Program-made: the position numbers and the translations under genes | Notes under the pieces: model-generated | Told to the model about the DNA's origin: nothing | What the model saw: only the letters and a program-made list of their open reading frames with translations | The model's database searches: none | In this document: positions 9,414 through 18,620 of the stretch, piece by piece | Numbering within the stretch: position 1 is the stretch's first letter | Layout: each line of letters starts with the position of its first letter | Assembly (NCBI GenBank): GCA_016840095.1 | Contig: JAEOSZ010000106.1 | Span: 1-28,653 of the forward strand | DNA length: 28,653 nt | DNA from: Candidatus Heimdallarchaeota archaeon | Lineage (GTDB): Archaea; Asgardarchaeota; Heimdallarchaeia; Heimdallarchaeales; Heimdallarchaeaceae | Direction of reading: 5' to 3'

Positions 9414-10016
9414 ATGGAAGGAACAACAAAAACTCCCTTAGAAGAATTCATCGACCTTTATGCCCAGATAAAAGACAAATTCGCAGAACTTCCAGATGTA
9501 TTAACAAAGCTTTCAAACTATTCTGACGACATTGTTAAAGCAAACAATGATCTAAAATCAGAGAATGATGATCTTAAATCCAAACTCAAAGAAATTGAAG
9601 ATAAATTCACCAAACTCAAAACAGAATATGAAACAAAAGATCAATCTATTGAAGAAGCATTGAAAGATGCAAATAAATACAAAATCCAACTTGAAAGCGT
9701 AGAAGAGCAAATGAAAGGATTACGTGAAATGTATGAAGAAATGGCACAAGAGAGAGCTGAAGAGATAGATATTCAAGATCTTCTTGCCATTTATACCGCA
9801 CTTTTCGAAAAAGTCTTTGCTGGAAATCCCCACACTAAAATTCTCTTATTATTCCAAGGTGTAGACAAGGAAGAATGGACAAGAGATGAAATTGTAAAAA
9901 CTACTGGTTTTTCCCCAGCAGCTATTATTCGAGCTCTTCATGATTTGCGAAACAGTGAATTAGTCGAAACAGATGATTCTGCAACTAAAGCTAAATTAAT
10001 TAAAAAATTAGGTTGA
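9414..10016 (+). CDS. Coiled-coil protein with C-terminal winged helix-turn-helix
   Basis: Heptad-rich E/K/L segment at residues ~20-115; C-terminal TKILLLFQ...TRDEIVKTTGFSPAAIIRALHDLRNSELVE wHTH pattern. Confidence 0.75.
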   Translation: MEGTTKTPLEEFIDLYAQIKDKFAELPDVLTKLSNYSDDIVKANNDLKSENDDLKSKLKEIEDKFTKLKTEYETKDQSIEEALKDANKYKIQLESVEEQMKGLREMYEEMAQERAEEIDIQDLLAIYTALFEKVFAGNPHTKILLLFQGVDKEEWTRDEIVKTTGFSPAAIIRALHDLRNSELVETDDSATKAKLIKKLG

Positions 10017-10049
10017 GGAGAAAAACTACAACAGATTTCGTAGGACTCC

Positions 10050-10988
10050 TTAGTCCTTTTCTTTACTATTTTCTTTGTCAGATTTTTTCTCATTTTCTAT
10101 TTCTCTTTGTTTAACAGCTGCCTTAACATATACTAAATCTGCTAAATAGGCTTTCAAAGGTACGACAATTAAACCCATAACAACAGCTATTCCACCTATG
10201 ACAGAGAGTGTCCATCCTATTGCTCCACCTAATAGGAAAACAGGAGCAAACATCAATGCAAGAAGAGCGAAAACTAATATTCCTAAGGAGTAATTTATTA
10301 GAACTGTGCTTAGTTTTACTGGTCTCTTTATCTCAAATGCCCTATACAACCATCTAGAACTAATAAAATATAAACCAAACATTGGAGCAGAGAAAACAAA
10401 CACACTTCCAATGATACCAAGAAGTACTGCAAAAGTTTCTGACTTGAAAGTAGATAAACCAATAGCAATGATTCCTATTCCTAGAGCAATAAAAATCAAG
10501 GCAATTCCAAAAGCTTCTATTGTAGCTGCAAGAGCATTAGTACTGGGAAGAGATCCTTCTAGAAATCCTATAAACTTCACTTTTTTGTACTTATACTCTA
10601 ACATCTCAGGTTCAAATGATGGTTCAACTTCTGTAAACCTCACTGATTTTTGTGCAGGGGTAGGTGGTTTTGGTTGAATTTGCATAGCAGGTGGTTGAGC
10701 TGGCATTGGAGGCCAAAGAATAAGTTTAGGTTGGTCATCATCTTGACCTTCTGTCTTTTGAATAACTGGTTGAAATACACCAGTTCTTCCTGGAGCTTGA
10801 GTAGGAGTTCTTTCAGGAACCTCAATATCCTTGATGTCATGTCCACATTCTGCGCAGAAAAGATCATCAGCTTTGTTCAAAGTACTACATTCAGGACACT
10901 TTTTCAAAGAATTTCCACAAAATTTGCAGAATTTTGAGGTTGAGCGTATATTTCTCAAACAAATAGGACATTCACTATTTACACTCAT
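10050..10988 (-). CDS. Zinc-ribbon membrane protein (N-terminal double zinc ribbon, Pro-rich linker, about 4 TM)
   Basis: CPIC, FCKFCG, CPEC, FCAECG; PPMPAQPPAMQIQPKPPTP linker; four hydrophobic segments. Start 10988 or 10997. Confidence 0.8.
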   Translation of the reverse strand: MSVNSECPICLRNIRSTSKFCKFCGNSLKKCPECSTLNKADDLFCAECGHDIKDIEVPERTPTQAPGRTGVFQPVIQKTEGQDDDQPKLILWPPMPAQPPAMQIQPKPPTPAQKSVRFTEVEPSFEPEMLEYKYKKVKFIGFLEGSLPSTNALAATIEAFGIALIFIALGIGIIAIGLSTFKSETFAVLLGIIGSVFVFSAPMFGLYFISSRWLYRAFEIKRPVKLSTVLINYSLGILVFALLALMFAPVFLLGGAIGWTLSVIGGIAVVMGLIVVPLKAYLADLVYVKAAVKQREIENEKKSDKENSKEKD

Positions 10989-11059
10989 AAATTTCAAGAA
11001 TAACTTGTGATGAATCTTTATATCGGTATCTATTCATTGAAAAAAAGTTGAGTAGAAAA

Positions 11060-12235
11060 CTACTCTGTTTCTGTAATAACTTCAGTGTCTGTTTCTGCTT
11101 CAGTCTCTTGTTCTGGTTCTGGGATTATGTTTTCAGCTTCGAGTAATTCATCTCTGGTATCTTTTCCTTTTTCTAATACTTCCCAGAATCTATCTACATA
11201 ATCTGGATGAATACCCGTCAGTACACCTCTGATTGTCAGTATTGGTTCTTCAATTGAGTTTAAGGAAACTTTCACTTCTCCTCTTTCGAATCTTTTTACT
11301 ATTTTTCTTGTTTCAAATGTAGATTGAAAAGTGGTAGGCATAGTAATTGCTAGATATCCCAATTTAGCTCTTGTAACATCTGTTGTCAAACTGGAACTCT
11401 CATCCAATTCACCAAAGAACAGATCAGAAAATCTTGTGTTTTGTGCTTTTTCAAGTGATTCAAATTCTCTATCCAAAGATATTATGATTCCTAATCCTCT
11501 AGCTTCTTTTGAAAAAGTTTTGAAGAAATCATTCAAGTCTGCATTAAATTCTTCATGAGTACTTTCTTGTAGAGCAGAAAGTATAGTAGTTGTTAGAATA
11601 TCAGCAAGTAAATCATTACTCCTCTCAATTACTTCTTCTATTGTTTCCCCTTCAGAAACTGCTAACCGTTTTTCATTGTCAAATAGAATAACCGGACAAT
11701 GTGGACCTACAGTATCAAATCCTAAGTAATATAAAGCTCTAGAAGCACTGAATTGAACAAGAGATGAATCATCTTTCTTTGGTAAAACAAAGATAACAGT
11801 TGGAGGTTCGCCAGTAATATCTGCTAGGATTCTACTAGTGATTATTGTTCCTGCACTTCCAGTTCCTCCACCACTTCCAATAATGAGATGAAGAGCTAAT
11901 TCATCTTCTCTTTTATGTTCTCCTTTTCTAGAAAAAACAACTCTATCCAATTTATTTCTTAGTCTGTTTTCTTTTGCTTTGAGCTGTTTGTAAGCTTTTT
12001 CGAAATTTAGGTCAGAAGTAACAAAATTTTGATCTCCAAACCAGAAAGTATCAGAGAACTTGGTTAGTTTTGGCTCAAAATCATCAAAGAGATTGATAGC
12101 TAGAGATTTGACTGTTATGTTACTTTCATTTAGGTGTTGAATTAGTTTTTCACCGATTTCACAACCTGCATTACCAACACCTATTACTGCTATAGATATT
12201 TTCTTTTTGAATAATTTTCTTTTTAGCCACGACAT
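11060..12235 (-). CDS. Divergent tubulin/FtsZ-superfamily GTPase (CetZ/TubZ-like)
   Basis: T1 IAVIGVGNAG, T4 signature GSGGGTGSAG, T5 FVLP, T6 LFDNE, T7-like NADLNDF; C-terminal domain ending I..RGVLTG. Confidence 0.88.
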   Translation of the reverse strand: MSWLKRKLFKKKISIAVIGVGNAGCEIGEKLIQHLNESNITVKSLAINLFDDFEPKLTKFSDTFWFGDQNFVTSDLNFEKAYKQLKAKENRLRNKLDRVVFSRKGEHKREDELALHLIIGSGGGTGSAGTIITSRILADITGEPPTVIFVLPKKDDSSLVQFSASRALYYLGFDTVGPHCPVILFDNEKRLAVSEGETIEEVIERSNDLLADILTTTILSALQESTHEEFNADLNDFFKTFSKEARGLGIIISLDREFESLEKAQNTRFSDLFFGELDESSSLTTDVTRAKLGYLAITMPTTFQSTFETRKIVKRFERGEVKVSLNSIEEPILTIRGVLTGIHPDYVDRFWEVLEKGKDTRDELLEAENIIPEPEQETEAETDTEVITETE

Positions 12236-13573
12236 TTAGGAACCTCCTACAGATCTGATTATTTTGAGAATATTGACAACCCAGATTGCAATTACCATTA
12301 TTGTTCTGAAAACTTTCTGTGATGAAATTGGAAAGATTCTCATGTTAGCAATAAATTCTCTTAATTGAAGCATTGTCACTTGTTCTCTCTTTACTTCTTC
12401 ATCATATTTCTCCCCAAACTCTACAACATTAGCATAAATGTAATTATCTAATTCCATCAAAGCTTTGATTTTGAATTTCTTTGCCTTGTTGCTGAAAGCC
12501 CATAATGGAAGAATAACATAGAATACCATTAAAATTGCTACTAAGGCTGAAATTGTAACAACTAAGATAGTTGCAGGTTGCCCAACATGAATGAACAAGA
12601 ATTCGAAATTGAGCGTTGGCATACCTGGAGGAGGTAGAGAATAGATTAACTGGTTTACATTTCCCATTACCATTGCTATTATTATGATCAAAGTTGAAAT
12701 TATTCCAGCAGTTGGAATGTTTTCTAATTGACTGATAGATCGTCCTTTTGACCATCTGTCTCCTAAAGACCAGATAAGATCATAATTCTCTTTTATTAGT
12801 AGAGTACCATATTCATTTCTATAGATATTCATCTGCTCTTTAATTGGTTTTAGAACCTTGGCATAAATTCTTGTATTATATAGCATGAAATACATTGCTA
12901 CATAGAAAATATAATGGAGAAAAGGACCGAATATACAAGCTAGTACACCGAAGAATGCAGCAGCTGGATATCCATTGAATGCAATTCTGAGCATAGGTAT
13001 TTGAACTCCTATACCAGTTGCAAGAGATGCTAGGATAACTAATGGATTTAGCGGTAAATGTCGATCATAATGCTTTGCATAATACTCTCTTACTGGTTTC
13101 TCAATCCACTCAACTCTTTTGGCAATTGTTAAACCAAGAAATCCATCATGTGTATATTTCAAATAGAATAATGATAATAGAATCGCTATAAGTAATGGTG
13201 TTCCAACATTGAATAGAATATCTATAAACCTCCACCATGGAGCAGCAGAAGGTAATAATTCTTTATAAGGAATATGAACAAAAAGTAGTGTTGGAATAAA
13301 CAATACTCCTATGTAAATCCACAGTTTGAGAAATTCCTTCCACCCTAAGGAGAGAATTGTATTTAACTTAAGTCTGAATAAAGCAATCGGAACAAGATAA
13401 AATTTCTTGAAGGGATTCATCAAAGCGTCTAAATATACTGGATTTTCAACAATTGCAGCTGTTTTAGGATATCTCTTGTAGTGATCGAATAGTAGATTTT
13501 CAAATTCAAAAGTTGGTACATCAATATCTTCAGGAACAGCTTTTTTTGATTTAAACTCAGGTTCTGATTCCAT
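12236..13573 (-). CDS. Polytopic membrane protein of unknown function (about 7-8 TM)
   Basis: 445-aa ORF with repeated hydrophobic segments; its TAA directly abuts the ATG of the tubulin/FtsZ-like gene. Confidence 0.8.
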   Translation of the reverse strand: MESEPEFKSKKAVPEDIDVPTFEFENLLFDHYKRYPKTAAIVENPVYLDALMNPFKKFYLVPIALFRLKLNTILSLGWKEFLKLWIYIGVLFIPTLLFVHIPYKELLPSAAPWWRFIDILFNVGTPLLIAILLSLFYLKYTHDGFLGLTIAKRVEWIEKPVREYYAKHYDRHLPLNPLVILASLATGIGVQIPMLRIAFNGYPAAAFFGVLACIFGPFLHYIFYVAMYFMLYNTRIYAKVLKPIKEQMNIYRNEYGTLLIKENYDLIWSLGDRWSKGRSISQLENIPTAGIISTLIIIIAMVMGNVNQLIYSLPPPGMPTLNFEFLFIHVGQPATILVVTISALVAILMVFYVILPLWAFSNKAKKFKIKALMELDNYIYANVVEFGEKYDEEVKREQVTMLQLREFIANMRIFPISSQKVFRTIMVIAIWVVNILKIIRSVGGS

Positions 13574-13663
13574 AACGATTCCATATACCTTTTAGTTACT
13601 TTTAATCATTTCGAAAGTGTTGGTGAGTTAGTAAGTATTTTATTCTAGTATTCTACTGTCTTT

Positions 13664-15088
13664 TTGGTTAAGTTGAGACTAACAAAAATTGTTTGTACAA
13701 TAGGTCCTGCATCAGATTCAGAGAATGTTCTAAAGAAGATGATAGATTCAGGTATGGATCTAGCTCGTTTGAATTTTTCTCATGGCAATCATCAAAGCCA
13801 TGAAAAAACTTTCAACAAACTTAGGAACTTGTGTGATGACCTTGCTATTGGAATTGATATCACTGGTCCTAAGATTCGGTTAGGTGAATTAGCTGAAAAG
13901 AGAATTCTACAAAAAGATGAGATTATCAAACTCACCACAAGAGATGTTGTAGGAAAAAATGACACTTTTCCAATCAATTATCCAAATTTAACCAAAGAAT
14001 TGAAAGCTAAAAGTACTCTATTCATCAATGATGGTTTGGTTAACCTTGTAACTGAATCAGTTACTGATGATGAGATAGTTTGTAGAGTTGTTGATGGAGG
14101 AGAAATTTCATCTAGAAAAGGCGTAAATTTTCCAGATTCCAATCTATCAGTTAGAGTTCCAACAAAGAAGGATATACTTGATATCGAAAAAGCATGCGAT
14201 TTAGAGACAGATTTTCTTTTCATCTCTTTTGTCCGTGATGTTGATGATCTAAGGAAAGTCAAAGAAATAGTTGATTCCAAAACAAAAAGGAACATTCATC
14301 TCATTGCTAAAATTGAGCACAAAGATCCATTAAATTCAATTGAAGAAATAGCATCCTATAGTAATGGTTTAATGGTTGCTAGAGGGGATTTAGCTATTGA
14401 AGTAGGTTCTGCAAAAGTACCTGTTTTACAGAAACAGTTGATTCAACTAGGTATGAGAGTTGCAAAACCAGTAATTGTGGCAACACAAATGTTGGAATCT
14501 ATGACAAAGGAAACCTTGCCTACTCGAGCAGAAGCAAGTGATGTTTCTCATGCTGTTTTTGATGGTGCTGATGCACTGATGCTATCAGCAGAAACAGCTA
14601 CAGGAAAACATCCTTTACAAGTTATGAAAGTAATGAACGAGATTATTTTGGAAGCAGAGAAAAATCTGTCTCTTGATCGTCCATTAATTGTTGAAACTGA
14701 GACTTCTATAGGTAAGGAAATTGGCATTGCAGCTGTTAGACTAGCAAAGAGAATGTCTGCTAAAGCAATCATAGCGTTAACTCAAACTGGATATTCGGCT
14801 AGTATGGTTTCAAGAAATAGAGAAAATTTTCCAATTTACTCTGTTACTCATAACCAAACTACAAAGCGTACTACAAGGCTTTTCTGGGGAGTTAAGCCTA
14901 TTATACATGAATTTGAAGAAGATTATGATCAGCTTGTATTCAGTGTAATAGAGAAGCTACATCAAGACCAATATCTTGAATTGAAAGATAATGTTGTTCT
15001 AATCGCTGGTTCTATGGTTGGAATTTCCGGAAAAACTCATACAATACAGCTTTTGAATGTTGATGAAACACTGAGAAATGAAAAATAA
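13664..15088 (+). CDS. pyk: Pyruvate kinase
   Basis: TKIVCTIGP, ARLNFSHG, GPKIR, LIAKIE, MVARGDL, ATQMLESM, PTRAEASDV, DALMLSAETA.G.HP. Confidence 0.97.
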   Translation: MVKLRLTKIVCTIGPASDSENVLKKMIDSGMDLARLNFSHGNHQSHEKTFNKLRNLCDDLAIGIDITGPKIRLGELAEKRILQKDEIIKLTTRDVVGKNDTFPINYPNLTKELKAKSTLFINDGLVNLVTESVTDDEIVCRVVDGGEISSRKGVNFPDSNLSVRVPTKKDILDIEKACDLETDFLFISFVRDVDDLRKVKEIVDSKTKRNIHLIAKIEHKDPLNSIEEIASYSNGLMVARGDLAIEVGSAKVPVLQKQLIQLGMRVAKPVIVATQMLESMTKETLPTRAEASDVSHAVFDGADALMLSAETATGKHPLQVMKVMNEIILEAEKNLSLDRPLIVETETSIGKEIGIAAVRLAKRMSAKAIIALTQTGYSASMVSRNRENFPIYSVTHNQTTKRTTRLFWGVKPIIHEFEEDYDQLVFSVIEKLHQDQYLELKDNVVLIAGSMVGISGKTHTIQLLNVDETLRNEK

Positions 15089-15327
15089 ATCATATCATCT
15101 GTTTGTGATTTTCTAATTTTTTTAATTCAGCGTCTGCATTTGTTAATTGTAGACAAGAACCCTCTCTACATACTCTCCAACTGCTCAGTTCCAACCGTAA
15201 GATATATAATGTTCCTATATTCACTCAACGTAATATTAGTCTCTAACGATACTAGTACTATTAGTCATTAACTTTAAATATCTATGAGAGACGAAACAAT
15301 AGAAAGTGAAAAAAAAGAGGATTCACA

Positions 15328-18300
15328 ATGGATAAAAGATTTCGAACATTATTAGGCGCACTGATTCTTACGCTAGCTATTAGTTCAGCATTAGTGATTG
15401 GAATTATTTTGCCTATAAATTCAATTAATATTATTAACGGAGTAAACACTAATTTAGATCATTTTGGGAAACTAACTGTAGATGATATTATTCCCAATAC
15501 TGGTATTGGTTCATATTCTGATTGGATGCATACTGCTCCAAGCACAAATGAATCAAGGTTCTATGATCAAGCTTACTTCGAATTCTTTAATATAACTGAC
15601 AGATCAGGTTACATAGATTATGGCAATCCGCTTGCTTATTTCTATATACAAGGAGAGCTTATTTTCGATATAACGATAAACAAAACAGTTCTAGAATATA
15701 ATGCTGAAGATGATTATGTCGTTTTCACAACTCGAAGACAATATACTCTTAATGAATCAGTTTCTACATTGACAGGAGACGAAAAAGTCATCAATGTAAA
15801 TTATATGTGGCCATATTATATTGAATACTTTGGAAACGGAACTGAATATGGTTTTCAATCTTATGTTGCCACTTTTCTCCTAAAAACCGAATCAGACCTT
15901 CTTAATACTTCTTACACATATCCTGAAATCGCACATGCCATTCTCAATAGAGGATATGCAGAAAGTGAAGGTATACTAGATCTGGGGACATATTTTCCTC
16001 ATAATTGGATAAGTGTTAGACCAGCATTCCAAGATTTAGACTTTGATCAATCAACAAGCTACAATATGCTCTATAATGCTACATATGATGGAAAAGATTA
16101 TTCAATTCTAACTGGAGATGCAGGTGCTCCTAAATTCTTCTTGGATTTAGTAAGAGGACTAGATTATGGTGAGCCTGATGATTTAACAGTTGATGTTACT
16201 CAGTTATTAGCTGATGTTTATGGTATTGATACTCCAACTGAAATAGAATCAGCTAAATCGTTTGCTGCTTATCTTAATTATCTACTTGGGAGACCTTCGT
16301 TAGACTGGTTATATGATAATAAAATTTCTTATATTTGTGAAAGAACTACAATGGAATGGGTTTCTGGTGTTCCAGATCCACTTCTCGACGATAGAGTATT
16401 TCCGCTTCTTGTTAACGAAACACTATCTTCATCAAGTATTGATTGGGATCAAGATGTTTATTACGTTGAAAGATTAGGACTGGTTGATCCCATAATAACA
16501 GGGTCTCTAACAGGAATAGCCAATATTCCATTTTATGAGTATTCTAAATCTATGGATGTAATAATGGAAAATGATATGGCTTATGTCCTAGAAGGTGGAA
16601 CTGACATTAAAGTTGTTAATACAACAGATCCGCTGTTTAGAGCTGTTGGTCAATTTGGTGATTATGATGGTGTAATCAATGATTATGCCGTAATAGATGG
16701 TATTGCTTACGCTGTTGAAGGAACTAAAGGATTAGAAATTCTCAACGTTACAAATCCACATACTATTGATGAAATAGATCAATGGAATCTTGGTAATAAC
16801 GACATGAGAGGAGTTTCAGCTGTAAGATATATGATTGGAGGAACTCCAATGGATGCCTTAGTTATAGCCAATGGTGAAATAGGTGTAAAGATTGCAACCT
16901 TAACAGCTGATACTAAAGAAGTCAGCACTATCTATACTTTTGTTAACTCTTCAGGAACAGCCATAGCAGTAGATGCTAGAGTAGATATCAATAACAGAGA
17001 TGCTTTTGTTGCTTTAGGAACAGATGGTATAGATGTTATGGATTTAGGAGATTATGCAGCACCGGATTTAGATCTTGTTTGGCATTATGATTCAGCAAAT
17101 TTCTCAAATCTTAAAGATGTAAGAGATGTAAAAATTGATGGATTATACTTATACGTTTTAGATGCGATAGAAGGTATGTTAATCTTTAGAATTCAATCAA
17201 ATAAAACACTTACAGAGATGGGACATTTAGAATATGCTCCAGGTGATGAACCTTTCAATAATATCTATATTGACGGTTTTAATGCTTACTTGACTCAAGG
17301 TGAAGACGGTTTTATGATGGTTGATATTACTGATAAAAACAATCCTACAGAGGATGAAAGATTCAATAGTACTAGTCATCTAGGAACAGCATACGGAATC
17401 TATGCTGACGGAGATGATATCTTTTTAGCTGATTACGAACAAGGTCTTGTTCATTTAGATTATAGCATTATTTCTGGAGATTTTGATTTTGTTGAAAAAG
17501 ATGAGATTCATACATTTCTAGAATGTTGGCAAAGAGATAGTAAAGTTCAATTTGACTTCTGGGATTTAGGTCCTGATGCAGCACAAGCAGAAGTTGATCC
17601 ATTTAACTATACCTACGATTCATTTTCTGTTACTCCTTATACTGAGAGAGGATTTAGGTTACAATGGAATGACTTCTTCCTCAAACCATTTGCCTACAGT
17701 TCAACAGATACTGCTCTATGGTTTGACGAGACTGTGGATGTATATCTAGCTCAAGCAGGAGTACCATATCTTCAAATGGATCAATATGATCTTTATTGGA
17801 TGCATGCTGCAAACTTTATCAACACAAGTTTCATACAAGTTGGAAAATGGAATAAAATGTATGATTTAGACTTAACTCTTCAAGATGTATTCATAACCTA
17901 TTCCTTACCAGGACAAGTAGGAAGAGATCCATTTCATATGCAATACATGATGGTTGAACCAATTACTGGGGTTGTTGTGGATAGACGAGATAGGATTCAA
18001 TATAATACAATTGTGGCTAACTTTATTGAAGCATTTGAGTTCCTAAACAGAACTAAATATACGGGTCCAATCCAATCTCTTCCTGGAATACATAAATATC
18101 CAACATGGCATCAAACATTCCCAGCAGTACCTGGTGGAATGTCAACTATGTTCTGGCAAGAAGATATCCATCTAGGCACTGGTGTTTTATACGTAGATAT
18201 GAATACAGATTTTCTTGATGTGATTGAAGGAGCAGATACATCTCGTACAATAGGTGCTTTTGGTTCAATGTTCTTAGTTACAATAGGTTTTGTTATAACT

Positions 18301-18354
18301 TCTGTGGTTCTCCATAGAACTAAACAAAAAACTGAAGTAATTCCTGACAACTAA
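15328..18354 (+). CDS. Two-TM cell-surface glycoprotein with CD36/SR-B/LIMP-2-like ectodomain and inserted LVIVD beta-propeller
   Basis: N- and C-terminal TM helices; CD36-like motifs W...P..., YFEFFNITD, RTTMEWVSGVPDPLL, H.QY..VEPITG....R.RIQYN and MFWQE; seven LVIVD-type repeats; many NxS/T sequons; SD-like GAGG at 15317-15320. Confidence 0.78.
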   Translation: MDKRFRTLLGALILTLAISSALVIGIILPINSINIINGVNTNLDHFGKLTVDDIIPNTGIGSYSDWMHTAPSTNESRFYDQAYFEFFNITDRSGYIDYGNPLAYFYIQGELIFDITINKTVLEYNAEDDYVVFTTRRQYTLNESVSTLTGDEKVINVNYMWPYYIEYFGNGTEYGFQSYVATFLLKTESDLLNTSYTYPEIAHAILNRGYAESEGILDLGTYFPHNWISVRPAFQDLDFDQSTSYNMLYNATYDGKDYSILTGDAGAPKFFLDLVRGLDYGEPDDLTVDVTQLLADVYGIDTPTEIESAKSFAAYLNYLLGRPSLDWLYDNKISYICERTTMEWVSGVPDPLLDDRVFPLLVNETLSSSSIDWDQDVYYVERLGLVDPIITGSLTGIANIPFYEYSKSMDVIMENDMAYVLEGGTDIKVVNTTDPLFRAVGQFGDYDGVINDYAVIDGIAYAVEGTKGLEILNVTNPHTIDEIDQWNLGNNDMRGVSAVRYMIGGTPMDALVIANGEIGVKIATLTADTKEVSTIYTFVNSSGTAIAVDARVDINNRDAFVALGTDGIDVMDLGDYAAPDLDLVWHYDSANFSNLKDVRDVKIDGLYLYVLDAIEGMLIFRIQSNKTLTEMGHLEYAPGDEPFNNIYIDGFNAYLTQGEDGFMMVDITDKNNPTEDERFNSTSHLGTAYGIYADGDDIFLADYEQGLVHLDYSIISGDFDFVEKDEIHTFLECWQRDSKVQFDFWDLGPDAAQAEVDPFNYTYDSFSVTPYTERGFRLQWNDFFLKPFAYSSTDTALWFDETVDVYLAQAGVPYLQMDQYDLYWMHAANFINTSFIQVGKWNKMYDLDLTLQDVFITYSLPGQVGRDPFHMQYMMVEPITGVVVDRRDRIQYNTIVANFIEAFEFLNRTKYTGPIQSLPGIHKYPTWHQTFPAVPGGMSTMFWQEDIHLGTGVLYVDMNTDFLDVIEGADTSRTIGAFGSMFLVTIGFVITSVVLHRTKQKTEVIPDN
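16549..17470 (+). repeat. Seven LVIVD-type beta-propeller blades (protein-level repeat)
   Basis: Examples: DVIMENDMAYVLEGGTDIKVVNTTDP; DYAVIDGIAYAVEGTKGLEILNVTNP; DVKIDGLYLYVLDAIEGMLIFRI; NIYIDGFNAYLTQGEDGFMMVDITDKNNP; GIYADGDDIFLADYEQGLVHLD. Boundaries approximate. Confidence 0.8.
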
Positions 18355-18360
18355 AGGTTA

Positions 18361-18389
18361 TTTTTCCTCTTTTTTTCTTTACTTTTTTT
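18361..18389 (+). terminator. Putative archaeal oligo-T terminator
   Basis: TTTTTCCTCTTTTTTTCTTTACTTTTTTT just after the stop codon at 18354. Confidence 0.45.
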
Positions 18390-18620
18390 ACATACATTTA
18401 TCTAGTCTTAAATTGATAGAATTTCTCTGTTTATGCTAATTTTAATTAAGAAAAACGCTCTTCATATACAATTTTTTGATTGAACATTATTGAAGTTTTC
18501 AAGCTATAAAAGTTCTGGATTTTTTTGAACCTATGATCAATAATTTTCTTGCTTACGTGCTCCTTAAAATACTTTTTTTACTTATTTTAATGCTAAATAA
18601 CTCAATGGTGAAGAATAACA

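Noticed and set aside
11060-11130. Low-complexity TCTGTT/TCAGT-like repeats
   Set aside because: Explained by codons of the Glu/Thr-rich tail of the tubulin/FtsZ-like protein; not an independent DNA repeat.
11060-12235. Calling the gene ftsZ or a true tubulin
   Set aside because: It lacks the FtsZ GGGGxN, NTD and GAG motifs and tubulin-specific motifs; only superfamily membership is supported.
15231-15292. TATTAGTC direct repeat, TACTAGTA palindrome and a weak GTCTCT/AGAGAC stem upstream of the CD36-like gene
   Set aside because: Too short and AT-rich to separate from chance; no recognisable ncRNA or riboswitch.
297-18350. Overlapping ORFs 297-623, 1880-2092, 2065-2361, 3082-3501, 8163-8417, 10306-10677, 10640-10867, 10650-10937, 11331-11558, 12444-12755, 13792-14772 (three ORFs) and 18111-18350
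   Set aside because: All lie inside well-supported genes on another frame or strand and show no recognisable motifs.
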